Positions 21,173 to 30,656 of a stretch of DNA of 64,000 nucleotides are shown piece by piece. The DNA is taken from NCBI GenBank assembly GCA_029261815.1, contig JAJDAQ010000061.1, forward strand, positions 23,965 to 87,964, written 5' to 3'. A program made the position numbers and the translations under genes. This DNA comes from Deltaproteobacteria bacterium (lineage in GTDB: Bacteria; Myxococcota_A; UBA9160; UBA6930). The stretch's first letter is position 1. Each line of letters begins with the position of its first letter. Below the pieces are notes generated by a model. That model made no database searches, was not told where the DNA came from, and saw only the letters and a list, made by a program, of their open reading frames with translations.

Positions 21173-22092
21173 TCGTCTTCGGGCGCCACTACGGCCGAGC
21201 CCACCTCGATCGCCGCGCGCTCTGCGAATCGCGGCACCGGGGCATCATCGACCTCGGCCCACTGGATCTTCTGGTAGTCGAAGCCGCCGTTCTCGATGAC
21301 GTTGAACTTGACGACTTCGAAGTAGGGCGAGAGGTCGAAGTCGCGCGGCGTCAGGAGCGTCGGGTGACGCATGCGGAAGAGGCCGGTGTAGGCGTTGCTC
21401 TCGTAACCGAACACCCGGCGCAAGAGGCCCCCGCGTTTCTGGGCAGGACTCGGTGCATCGAAACCCTCGGGATGGTCCACCGCGGGCAGGATCGGAAAAC
21501 GCACATGGTGGAAGATGCGGCCGAGCAGACTCGAGCAGATCACCTCGGTGGCCTCCTTGCTCCCGAAATGCAGCGCCGTGCGTCGAAACCGGTCGGGCAC
21601 GACCCGGACCGGGATCAGGTATCGGGCGAGGTCGAGAATGTTCTGGACGTCGTACGACAGGCCGAGTGCGCCGATCGCGTCGTCCAGGATCTGCTTCAGA
21701 TCGTCGGGCCGCAGGCGATGCGGGCGCACGAGGCGGATGTTGTAGTCGATGTACTTCGTCACTGGGGCAAGCTCGACCCCTTCGGGAAGTGCTTCGACCA
21801 TCAGCCGCCGCGCGTCGTCAGCGCCGAACGCCGCGATCGCGGCGTCGGCCGCCGGCCCGCCGCGCCGCACGATCTCGTCGCCGATGTAGAGCGCAGCATG
21901 CGACCACGAGCTCTTCGTGAGGTACTGGATGATCTGGGCGACGCGCGTGTCGCCATCCACCAGCAAGATGTCGCCCGGGTGAATGTGCCGACGGAGCGCG
22001 GAAGGATCGTTCCAGACCCTGCGCTCGTAGTGCGGCATCGGCTGGGACAGCCAGTCCAGGATCCAGCCAGTGAGTCGGCTCCGAATTCCCAC
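21169..22092 (-). CDS. Permuted papain-like (YiiX/YaeF, NlpC/P60) enzyme
   Basis: PGDILL, WSHAALY, ICSSL, TPRDFD; GTG start with GGAGA RBS. Confidence 0.85.
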   Translation of the reverse strand: MGIRSRLTGWILDWLSQPMPHYERRVWNDPSALRRHIHPGDILLVDGDTRVAQIIQYLTKSSWSHAALYIGDEIVRRGGPAADAAIAAFGADDARRLMVEALPEGVELAPVTKYIDYNIRLVRPHRLRPDDLKQILDDAIGALGLSYDVQNILDLARYLIPVRVVPDRFRRTALHFGSKEATEVICSSLLGRIFHHVRFPILPAVDHPEGFDAPSPAQKRGGLLRRVFGYESNAYTGLFRMRHPTLLTPRDFDLSPYFEVVKFNVIENGGFDYQKIQWAEVDDAPVPRFAERAAIEVGSAVVAPEDD

Positions 22093-22226
22093 TTGTCTCC
22101 TCGGTGGTCGGGGTGAGGTCGTTGGATGTACGACCGTGCCAAGCCATTCGGCTTGCCGCGGTTCCGGGCTGAGCCTGGGCGAACCGTTGGGTTCCACCCT
22201 CGCTTCCCAGAAAAGCGTGTTTTTCC

Positions 22227-22256
22227 TTGGCCCTTTGGAAGGCCGTGGGGTATCCT
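22227..22256 (+). promoter_or_regulatory. Putative sigma70 promoter
   Basis: TTGGCC-N18-TATCCT. Confidence 0.35.
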
Positions 22257-22375
22257 AGCGCCCCTTCGAATCAGATTTCTTCTTCGATTTCAGGTAGTTA
22301 CGCGCGCATCACATGAGCGTGCGATGGCTCGACCCGTGTCGAACGACGCTTACGAGCGAAACAGGAACTTACGTC

Positions 22376-22588
22376 ATGGACGTCAGGATCAAGGCCAACC
22401 TCGCCTTCACCATCTCGGGCTCTGCCCTCGAGGATGCAATGGCGGAATACGACGAGCTGTCGCTGTCTGGCCTCATCAAGGAGGTCCTCGACAAGGCAGT
22501 CGCCATCGACGACATCCAGGTGGACATCGTCGAAGGCCCGAACACGCTGGAAGACTACGATAGCCAGACCGGCGGCGGCGGAAGCTAG
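22376..22588 (+). CDS. Small acidic hypothetical protein (70 aa)
   Basis: Host-like GC3 codons, AGGA upstream, free-standing ORF. Confidence 0.7.
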   Translation: MDVRIKANLAFTISGSALEDAMAEYDELSLSGLIKEVLDKAVAIDDIQVDIVEGPNTLEDYDSQTGGGGS

Positions 22589-22632
22589 CCCCTGGGCGTG
22601 CCGGCTCGACCTGGTTCGAGAACCGGCGGCCA

Positions 22633-23121
22633 TCACGGCCCCTTTGGGGAGAAGAGCGAGAGCTGTTCCGGGCGCGTTCCTGTAGGCGTGCGCTGACGCC
22701 GACGAGTCACCGTCGGAGCAGGCTCCACTGTGCTGGCTGCGACACGCGCGGGGGGCTGCTGCACCCGCCGACGGCGCGGCTCGTAGATCCCCTCCCGGCG
22801 GGCATAGGCCAGCAGGCGCTTGTAGAACGCTTGGAAGCCGGGCCCATGGTGCCAGTACTTCAAATGCGCGAGTTCATGGCAGAGCGTGTCGACCAGGCTC
22901 GAATACTTCAGCAGGTCTCCGCTCCCGACCTTGACCAGTCGGATCTTGATCGTGCCATCGTCGAAGCACGCTCCCCACCGACGCTTGACGCCGGCGCGTT
23001 CGGCTTCGACGACGCGGAAGCGCAATCCGAACGGCTCGGCGATCTGGCGCGCGTCGCGATTCAATCGCGCCACGACGCGGTCGCGCGTTGTTCGATCTAG
23101 GGTTTTCCTGGAGTCCGCCAC
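22633..23121 (-). CDS. Zinc metalloprotease domain protein (YgjP/WLM/SprT-like)
   Basis: RWGAC, CHELAHLKYWHHGPGF. Confidence 0.8.
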   Translation of the reverse strand: MADSRKTLDRTTRDRVVARLNRDARQIAEPFGLRFRVVEAERAGVKRRWGACFDDGTIKIRLVKVGSGDLLKYSSLVDTLCHELAHLKYWHHGPGFQAFYKRLLAYARREGIYEPRRRRVQQPPARVAASTVEPAPTVTRRRQRTPTGTRPEQLSLFSPKGP

Positions 23122-23172
23122 GCAAACGCCAGCTTCGCTGCGGCACTCCGAGGCGTCAAGTAACCTTGCGTC

Positions 23173-23835
23173 GTGTCGTCCGCCGAGATCCCGATCTTTC
23201 CGTTGGGCCAGGTCGTCTTGTTTCCAGACGCGACCGTGCCGCTCCACATCTTCGAGCCGCGCTACCGCCAGATGACGGCCGATGCCCTCGCGGGCGACCG
23301 TCGCATTGGCATGGTCGGTGTGCGACCGGAGAGCGCGCAGGAAATGGGCGGCGATCCGCCGCTCTACCCAGTTGGCTGCGAGGGCTTCATCGAGCAGCAT
23401 CAGGAACTCGCAGACGGCCGCTACCAGATATTGCTGCGTGCGACGTCGCGCTTTCGCATCGAGGCAGAGTTGCCGCGCGAAGGCGGCCGACTCTACCGCG
23501 TTGCGCGTGTGGTCGAGCTGCCTGAAGTCATGGGCGACCCGGCCGAAATCGCGAAGCATCGCGCGCGTGTCATCGCGCATCTGGAGGAGATCGCGCGGCG
23601 CGCGATGAGCGATTCCGCATCCGAACCCTTCGACACCGCTCCGCTCGCCGCACTCACAGACGAGAAATTTGCGAACGGTGTCGCACAGTCGATCGCGCTC
23701 CCGCCGCAAGAGAAGCAGAGCTTGCTCGCCGCGGACTCGATCGAGAGCCGGCTACGACAATTGGAGAGCGCACTGTCGTTCCACCTCACGGCGCGTTCCC
23801 ATTCGGCGCCCGGGGGCAACGAAACCCTGCATTGA
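23173..23835 (+). CDS. Lon N-terminal substrate-binding domain protein
   Basis: IPIFPL, VLFP, PLHIFEPRYRQM, DGRYQILL. Confidence 0.9.
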   Translation: MSSAEIPIFPLGQVVLFPDATVPLHIFEPRYRQMTADALAGDRRIGMVGVRPESAQEMGGDPPLYPVGCEGFIEQHQELADGRYQILLRATSRFRIEAELPREGGRLYRVARVVELPEVMGDPAEIAKHRARVIAHLEEIARRAMSDSASEPFDTAPLAALTDEKFANGVAQSIALPPQEKQSLLAADSIESRLRQLESALSFHLTARSHSAPGGNETLH

Positions 23836-24231
23836 GCGCCGAATTCGGGCGCGTTTTGGCGTTTCCGTTTTTCAGTGAATTTTCTCGTTTATCTTTGAAA
23901 TGGACCAGTTTCGAGAGATACGAGATTTGTTCGATCCACCGGAATGACACCGTTCCGTGACGCCGGGTGATCTCTTGGTTTTCCCGCGGAACCCCCCGAA
24001 ACCATGAAGGGTTCTGCATTGCAAACACCGGTTTCCGACGGCTTGAACGGTCGTTTCGCATGAACCGCTCATGTGTCACCCGGCCGGCCAGTTCGGAAGT
24101 CGATGTGATTGCGAAGCCGAGGCCTACATGCTCTACTCCGCCTTCCTGGGGAGCGTGAGCCGGCTGGATCTGGCCCAATCTCTCCAGATCCTCCAAAAAC
24201 CGCGTTCTGCTGCACTTTCTCGGAAGACCGG

Positions 24232-25728
24232 ATGCATCATCCCCCCGCGGTGTGGGACGACGTTTTACGTCGCCTTCGCACCGAGATGCCCGACTTTGCG
24301 ATTGAGGCTTGGATTCTCCCCCTATCCATCCGTGAAGACTTCACGGACGGCCATCGGGTGCTCCACCTCATCGCGCCCAACCCGTTTCATCGCGATCGGG
24401 TACGCAACCGCTTCATCCAGACGCTGACCGAAGCGGCGACGGCGGTCGCGAAGCAGCACGTGCACGTGCGCATCGGAGTCGAGGGGGAAGCGCTTCAGGA
24501 GAATCCCTCGGTCGTCGCCGCTAGCGCCCCGATGCCGATCGAACGCGCGGCACCCACGGCATCCATCGCGCGCGCCACGCTGTCGGTCGAGCCCAAGGAA
24601 CCGACTCTCGAAGTCGCCGCCACGGCAACCCCCGAGCCCCTTCCTGAACCGGAACGACGACCGCTGCGCGTGCGACCCGCCGCGGCGCACGCCGAAGACG
24701 ACGACGCGCCACAGCAGCTGAACCTTCCTGCGACGTTCGAGAACTTCGTCGTGGGCTCCGCCAATGCCCTGGCGCGGGAGGCGTGCCTCGCAGTCGTCGA
24801 GGGCCGCCAGACCGGAGCCAACCCGCTCTACATCGTGGGCAGCATGGGGTCGGGCAAGAGCCATCTTGCGCGCGCCCTTGTCAGCGAAGCGCGGCGTCGC
24901 AATGACGGCCGGACGGTCTACTGCTCGGCCGAGGGCTTCACCACCGAACTCACGCAGTCCATTCGTGAACGCGACACGAAGAAGTTCCGCAAGCGGTTCC
25001 GCGGGGACTGCCGCCTCCTCGTCATCGAGGACGTGCAGTTCTTCGAGGGCAAGGGCGCGACCCAGGGCGAACTCTTCCACACGATGGAGCACCTGCAACG
25101 GGTGGGCGGTCGCATCGTGCTCACGGGCGACCGCTTGCCGCGCGAGATCCAGCGCCTCGATCGACGGCTCGCGTCGAACATGGCCAGCGGCCTCGTCGCC
25201 GGAATCGAAGCACCCGACCGCACCCTGCGACGCGAGATCCTGCGCGCGAAAGCCTCGCGGGGAGGCCTGCGCGTTCCGGACGATTGTCTCGAACTGCTGG
25301 TCGACTCCGTGCGGGGGAGCGTCCGGGACCTCGAAGGTGCACTCGTGCAGGTCGTGGCCAGTGCCAGCCTCCTCGGCCGCCGGATCGACCTCGAACTGAC
25401 CCGGGAAGCGCTGCGCAAGGTCGCCGCCCCGGCCAATGGCCTCCTGACCCTGACCGATGTCATGGACTGCGTTTGCGGGTTCTTCGGCGTCACCGAAGCG
25501 CAGCTCCGCTCGCGCGCCCGGTCAAAGGGAGTCCTGGTTCCGCGCCAGCTCGTCATGTACCTCTGCCACCGCTACACCGACGCCAGCTTCTCCGAGATCG
25601 GTCGACAACTCGGGCGAAATCACCCGTCGGTGTCGAACGCCGTCCAGAAGGTCGAGCGCGAAATTCTCGAGCGCGCGCCGCTCCGCTACCAGGTCGAAGA
25701 ACTGGTCGCGCGCCTGGGCCGCGACTAG
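24232..25728 (+). CDS. DnaA-family protein (divergent paralogue)
   Basis: Domain I (AWILPL, APNPF), FENFVVG, GSGKSHL, IEDVQF, VRDLEGAL, domain IV PRQLVMYL..EIG. Confidence 0.9.
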   Translation: MHHPPAVWDDVLRRLRTEMPDFAIEAWILPLSIREDFTDGHRVLHLIAPNPFHRDRVRNRFIQTLTEAATAVAKQHVHVRIGVEGEALQENPSVVAASAPMPIERAAPTASIARATLSVEPKEPTLEVAATATPEPLPEPERRPLRVRPAAAHAEDDDAPQQLNLPATFENFVVGSANALAREACLAVVEGRQTGANPLYIVGSMGSGKSHLARALVSEARRRNDGRTVYCSAEGFTTELTQSIRERDTKKFRKRFRGDCRLLVIEDVQFFEGKGATQGELFHTMEHLQRVGGRIVLTGDRLPREIQRLDRRLASNMASGLVAGIEAPDRTLRREILRAKASRGGLRVPDDCLELLVDSVRGSVRDLEGALVQVVASASLLGRRIDLELTREALRKVAAPANGLLTLTDVMDCVCGFFGVTEAQLRSRARSKGVLVPRQLVMYLCHRYTDASFSEIGRQLGRNHPSVSNAVQKVEREILERAPLRYQVEELVARLGRD

Positions 25729-25902
25729 CCGAGCGAGTCGCACCGCCCGCGCCCGGAGCCATGCTCCGCTGCAGCGGAATCCCTTCGCCGTGCATGCTCC
25801 CGCCTGCGGCCAGCGGCGCCTGACGCCCGCTCCTGCGTTCCCCCGTTGGCCCCTCCCTTGCAAAAGGGTTCTCTGCCGCGCCGAACCCGCAAGGAGACCC
25901 AC

Positions 25903-27171
25903 ATGGCCGCTGATCAAGAGACCCGCCCCTTCATCGCTCCCGAACCGATCGTCGAGTTCGACTTCGCCGATCCCGCCTTCCAGGCCGACCCGTACCCGAC
26001 CTATCGTGCGCTTCGCGAGCTGGAACCCATCGCGTTCCGGGAACAGGATGGCTTCCAGGCTTTCTGGCTGACGCGTTTCGAGGATGTCGAGGCCGTGCTG
26101 CGCGACAGCCGCTTCACCAGCGCCGAAGGCCCTCCGGAACTTCGCCAGCCCGGCGTTCCCGAGAAGTTTCGGCGGCTCGGCGTACTGCTCGAGAACATGA
26201 TGCTGCTGCGCAATGGCGCCGACCACGCCCGCCTTCGGTCCCTGGTGAACAAGGCGTTCACGCCACGCATGGTCCAGAAGCTGGTTCCTCGCATCGAGCA
26301 GATCACCGACTCACTCCTCGATGCGGCGCTCGATCGCGAGACGGATGAGCTCGACGTGATCCGGGATCTCGCGACACCGCTTCCGGTCCTGGTCGTCGCG
26401 GAGCTACTCGGCGTTCCGTCGGAAGACCAGCCGCGATTCAAGGAGTGGTCCGACGACATCGCAGTCGTCCTCGACGGTTCGGTTCGAACCGCCGGACTCC
26501 CGGCAGCCGCCGAGAGTGCGAGTGCACTGGCCGAGTATCTGCGCGACGTCGTCGCGAAGCGCCGCGCCGAACCGCGCGAGGACCTCCTGTCTGCCATGGC
26601 CGCCGCACGCGACGACCGGGACGCGCTGACCGACGACGAACTCATCGCCAACGCCATCCTGATCCTGATCGCCGGACATGAGACGACCACGAATCTGATC
26701 GGGAACGGGACCCTCGCCTTGTTGCGCAACCGCGATGAACTCGCGCGTCTGCAAATGCGGCCCGACCTGGCAGAGGCCGCCACCGAAGAGTGCCTGCGAT
26801 TCGACCCTCCGGTTCAGCTCACCGCGAGACACCCGATCGAAGACGTTCCCTTCCGGGGGACCTGCCTGTTCCCGGGTGCCGAAGTGACCCTCTCGTTCGG
26901 TGCAGCCAATCGAGACCCTGCGTGCTTCGAAGACCCCGAGCGCTTCGACATCACGCGGTTCGCCAAGGGCACCAAGGCGCGCCGTCACCTCTCGTTCGGG
27001 CACGGTCTGCACTTCTGCCTCGGTGCCCCGCTTGCGCGGGCCGAGGGCGCCGTCGCCCTGCGAAGACTCGTCACGCGACTGCCCGGAATCGCGCTCAGCG
27101 ACGAGTCCCCCCCGCGGCGGCCTGGTCTGGTCCTCCGCGGAGTGAGCGCACTGCCGGTCAGCATCCGATGA
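25903..27171 (+). CDS. Cytochrome P450
   Basis: AGHETT, EECLR, FGHGLHFCLG. Confidence 0.96.
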   Translation: MAADQETRPFIAPEPIVEFDFADPAFQADPYPTYRALRELEPIAFREQDGFQAFWLTRFEDVEAVLRDSRFTSAEGPPELRQPGVPEKFRRLGVLLENMMLLRNGADHARLRSLVNKAFTPRMVQKLVPRIEQITDSLLDAALDRETDELDVIRDLATPLPVLVVAELLGVPSEDQPRFKEWSDDIAVVLDGSVRTAGLPAAAESASALAEYLRDVVAKRRAEPREDLLSAMAAARDDRDALTDDELIANAILILIAGHETTTNLIGNGTLALLRNRDELARLQMRPDLAEAATEECLRFDPPVQLTARHPIEDVPFRGTCLFPGAEVTLSFGAANRDPACFEDPERFDITRFAKGTKARRHLSFGHGLHFCLGAPLARAEGAVALRRLVTRLPGIALSDESPPRRPGLVLRGVSALPVSIR

Positions 27172-28565
27172 GTGGCGCGACCGCCGAGGTTCTCCCGACA
27201 GCTCCGGCGCCCGATCTTGCTGCCATTCCGACGGCGCACGAGAAACTGTCGCTCCGGACGATTGCCCTCTTCTCCTCCCCGATCGCTGGCGAGGGCTTCA
27301 TGCAGATGTTGACCAGCCTCTATCTCCTGAAATACACGACGGACGTCCTCGGCCTCGCGCCGGCAACCATGGGCTCGATCCTGTTGCTAGGCCGGATCTG
27401 GGACGCGGTCTCTGATCCGCTCGTGGGGTTGTGGTCGGACCGCACGCACACCACGATCGGGCGACGAAGACCGTGGATCCTGGCGGCGGCGATTCCAATG
27501 AGCGTCTCCTTTGTCGCGATCTGGGCTGCCCCCGTTTCGCTCGGCACCACTGCGGTGACCGCCTGGGTCGCCGTCGCGATCATGGCCTACTACACCTGCC
27601 GGACGGCGTTCGGGGTGCCACACGATGCCCTGGGCGCAGCGCTGACACCCGACTATCACGACCGGAATCGACTCTTCGGAATCCGACGGGCATTCTTCGG
27701 CGTCGGAGCGATCTTGGTATTCGTTGCGCTCGGTGGCTTTCTCGATGGCGAGGATCCTCGCGGCCACGCATTGCGGGTGACAACGCTGGCTGCCGTGGCC
27801 ATGGCCGTGGCGGCTCTCGGAACCGGGCTCTTCGTACACGAACGGCCCGAGCACCTTGGGCGCGGGAGCCGCGACATCGCCTCCGCGTGGCGCCATGTAG
27901 CCGCCAATCCACACGCGCGGATCCTCCTGGGTGTCTTCTTCCTGCAACAGGTCGGCACCACCGGCGTCACGATGATGGCCGCCTACTACGCCGAGTACGT
28001 ACTGATGGATGCCGGCGCGTTCGTCCGGATCATGGGATCACTCTTCGTCAGCTCCGTCCTCTCGATCCCGCTTTGGATCGCGCTCGGTCGCCGCTTCGAC
28101 AAGAAGAGGCTGCTGGTCACGTCGATGGTTGTGGTAGGTGCCGTCCTGACGTCTCTTGGATTTCTCGGCGAAGGCGATAGCGGGATCCTGCTCTGGGTCG
28201 GGATCAGCGCAGGAATCGCGATCGGTGGCCTGGACGTGCTCTTTCCTTCGGTCCAAGCCGACGTGATTGACTATGACGAGGCGCACACGGGGGAACGCAA
28301 GGAAGGCGTCTACTTCGCCGCCTGGCACTTCTCGGCCAAGACCGCGATGGGACTCGCGGCTTTGATAGGCGGCATCGCCCTCCAGTCGACCGGATTCGTC
28401 CCCAACGAGATCCAGACTGCCGAGACCCGCGACGCGATCCGGGCAACGATGTCACTGATCCCGGCCGTCACCTATGGCGCCGGTGTGCTCCTGTTCTGCC
28501 GCTTCGGCCTGACACGCGAGGAGCACGCGGCGATCCGCCGCACGATCGCGGACCGCGTCTCGTGA
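27168..28565 (+). CDS. GPH/MelB-family MFS symporter
   Basis: DAVSDPLVG..SDRT..GRRRPW, DVIDYDE..TGERKEG. Confidence 0.9.
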   Translation: MSGATAEVLPTAPAPDLAAIPTAHEKLSLRTIALFSSPIAGEGFMQMLTSLYLLKYTTDVLGLAPATMGSILLLGRIWDAVSDPLVGLWSDRTHTTIGRRRPWILAAAIPMSVSFVAIWAAPVSLGTTAVTAWVAVAIMAYYTCRTAFGVPHDALGAALTPDYHDRNRLFGIRRAFFGVGAILVFVALGGFLDGEDPRGHALRVTTLAAVAMAVAALGTGLFVHERPEHLGRGSRDIASAWRHVAANPHARILLGVFFLQQVGTTGVTMMAAYYAEYVLMDAGAFVRIMGSLFVSSVLSIPLWIALGRRFDKKRLLVTSMVVVGAVLTSLGFLGEGDSGILLWVGISAGIAIGGLDVLFPSVQADVIDYDEAHTGERKEGVYFAAWHFSAKTAMGLAALIGGIALQSTGFVPNEIQTAETRDAIRATMSLIPAVTYGAGVLLFCRFGLTREEHAAIRRTIADRVS

Positions 28566-28572
28566 GGATGCG

Positions 28573-29361
28573 TCAGTCCCTGGGCGCGGCGATACAAGTG
28601 CATTCGTCAGGATCGACGGACTGGCACTCCGGTGGAACCAACCAGTCTTCGTTCCAGCCGCGCGGGCTGGGAGAATGCCTCGCCACAAGGTGGCGCATCC
28701 CCACGAAGAGCCGACCCTCGGAGTCGATCGCCAGCGAGTTCGGGTCGAGACGTCGGTAGTCGACACGTCGGACCCGCTTCAGCTCCCCTTGCGCATAACG
28801 AAGGATCGCCTCGTGCGTCACGATCCAAAGCACCTCGGGGTCGCGCGGATCCACCGCGAATGCCCTGGGAGCCGCGCCGAGCGGAACGATGTGGCCCACA
28901 CGCCACTGTCCGTCCTGGTCGCGCGCGGGTTCGAGCAATGCGCCCTCGTCCCAGCTCATGAATGCGAGACCCGAGAGTGCGATGATGCGGCCGCCAAGGC
29001 GCACGATCCCCTGGATGTTCTCCTGGGAGACGCGCTCGGGTCCGCTCCCATCGCGCGGCACCCAATAGAGCGCGCCGCCGAGTTCGGTCCGATCGACGCC
29101 AAGCCAAGCACCGTCGACCTCTTCGAGGACGACACGGGGCCCAGAGAACTCGGTGGTGCCCGGAACATCGATCGAAGGCTCTATCGACGCGGGGCGCTGG
29201 TAGGGACGGACCGATGGTTTGCCGTCACGAGAGGACGCCACACTCCAGTTTCCGGAAGCCCCTTCCTGCCAACAGCCGCGTTCAGCGGGTCCCGGGCTGT
29301 GACGACCGGAAGGCAGAACCACCCAGTCTTCGAGTGAGGCCCCCAGTGCCGCCAGCGGCAA
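28573..29361 (-). CDS. Hypothetical, probably secreted beta-propeller-like protein
   Basis: Beta-rich repeats; frame extends upstream into a signal-peptide-like segment. Confidence 0.6.
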   Translation of the reverse strand: MPLAALGASLEDWVVLPSGRHSPGPAERGCWQEGASGNWSVASSRDGKPSVRPYQRPASIEPSIDVPGTTEFSGPRVVLEEVDGAWLGVDRTELGGALYWVPRDGSGPERVSQENIQGIVRLGGRIIALSGLAFMSWDEGALLEPARDQDGQWRVGHIVPLGAAPRAFAVDPRDPEVLWIVTHEAILRYAQGELKRVRRVDYRRLDPNSLAIDSEGRLFVGMRHLVARHSPSPRGWNEDWLVPPECQSVDPDECTCIAAPRD

Positions 29362-29411
29362 TGCCGCGAACGCAGCGCCGAGCAGTGCACCCCGAACTCG
29401 CGCGCGAGAAA

Positions 29412-30656
29412 TCAGTGCTGGAGGTCGTGCAACTGGACCCGTGCCAGGCCCCGCTCGTTGCGGAAGCGGCGGGGACCGGCCATTTCCCGATCATGGTCGG
29501 GCTCGAGGCTCGGCGGATCCTTCTCCGGATCCTCGAAGCGGCGCAAGATGTCGTACTTCGTGCTGCGCTCCACCGGCGTCCGGCCCATCTCGCGGATCAG
29601 ACGGCGCATTTCTTCAGCGGGAAGATTCTCTCCATGGTCGGCGCCACTCTCGCGCGAGATCGACTCTTCCATCAGTGTGCCACCCATGTCGTTGGCTCCG
29701 GACTGAAGCGCCAGTTGTGCCACCTTGGGACCCATCTTCACCCATGACATCTGGATGTTCTGGATGTGCGGGCGCAGCATCAGCCGCGACAGCGCGATCA
29801 GCTTCAGGTCATCGGCCGCTGATGGACCGTGCCCCTCGATGTTCACGTGACCCAGCGCGTTCTTCTCGTGAATGAAGCCCAACGGCACGAACTCGGTGAA
29901 GCCTCCGGTCTCCTTCTGGATCTCCCGGATCAACTCGAGATGTGAAACGATATGCCGAGGCTTCTCGATGTGGCCGTACATGATCGTGGCCGTCGAACGC
30001 AGGCCAATTTCGTGCGCTGCAGAGATGATCTCGCGCCAGCGAGCCGTCATCAGCTTGTTGGGCGCCAAGATGCCGCGGATCTCGTCGTCCAGGATCTCCG
30101 CCGCGGTACCCGGCATCGTTCCCAATCCGGCCTCAACGAACGAACGCAGCATCTCATCGAGCGCCATCCCACTCTTCGCGTGCGCATGGTCCATCTCTTC
30201 GGGCGAGTACGCGTGGATATGCAGGTTCGGGAACTCGGCCTTGATGCCGAGAAGCAGATTCCGATAGTCGTCGAAGTTCTTCTGCGGGTCGATCCCGCCC
30301 TGCATGCAGATCTCGGTCGCTCCGCGGGCGACCGCATCTCGACACTTCTCGAGGATCTGATCGATGGTCCGATCGTAGGCGTCCTCTTCTTCGCGATGCC
30401 GCGCGAAGCCACAGAAAGAGCATCCTACATAACAAACGTTCGTGAAATTGACGTTTCGGCAGACAACGAAAGAGACGTCGTCGCCCTTGTCTTCGGACCG
30501 CGCGACATCGGCAGCGCGCAGGAACGCCTGGAAGTCAGGGCCCTCGGTCGCCAACAGCCGCAAACCATCATCGTGGCCGAGTTCACGCCCCTCGAGTGCG
30601 CGATCGAGGATTTCCGCCACACCCCTCGAAACATCCGCGTAGAGCTTCTCCAACAT
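29412..30656 (-). CDS. cofH: FO synthase subunit CofH
   Basis: NVNFTNVCYVGCSFC, PGTAAEIL, FTEFVPL, QMSWVK, GGTLMEE; adjacent to cofG. Confidence 0.9.
   Translation of the reverse strand: MLEKLYADVSRGVAEILDRALEGRELGHDDGLRLLATEGPDFQAFLRAADVARSEDKGDDVSFVVCRNVNFTNVCYVGCSFCGFARHREEEDAYDRTIDQILEKCRDAVARGATEICMQGGIDPQKNFDDYRNLLLGIKAEFPNLHIHAYSPEEMDHAHAKSGMALDEMLRSFVEAGLGTMPGTAAEILDDEIRGILAPNKLMTARWREIISAAHEIGLRSTATIMYGHIEKPRHIVSHLELIREIQKETGGFTEFVPLGFIHEKNALGHVNIEGHGPSAADDLKLIALSRLMLRPHIQNIQMSWVKMGPKVAQLALQSGANDMGGTLMEESISRESGADHGENLPAEEMRRLIREMGRTPVERSTKYDILRRFEDPEKDPPSLEPDHDREMAGPRRFRNERGLARVQLHDLQH

Noticed and set aside
22125-22145. Sigma54 promoter (TTGGCACG) for the YiiX-like gene
   Set aside because: No TTGC at the -12 position
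23836-25728. Primary oriC/dnaA locus
   Set aside because: No dnaN/rpmH/recF/gyrB, no canonical DnaA boxes seen, and key initiator residues are altered
29412-30656. MqnC/MqnE futalosine-pathway enzyme
   Set aside because: Direct coupling to cofG favours CofH
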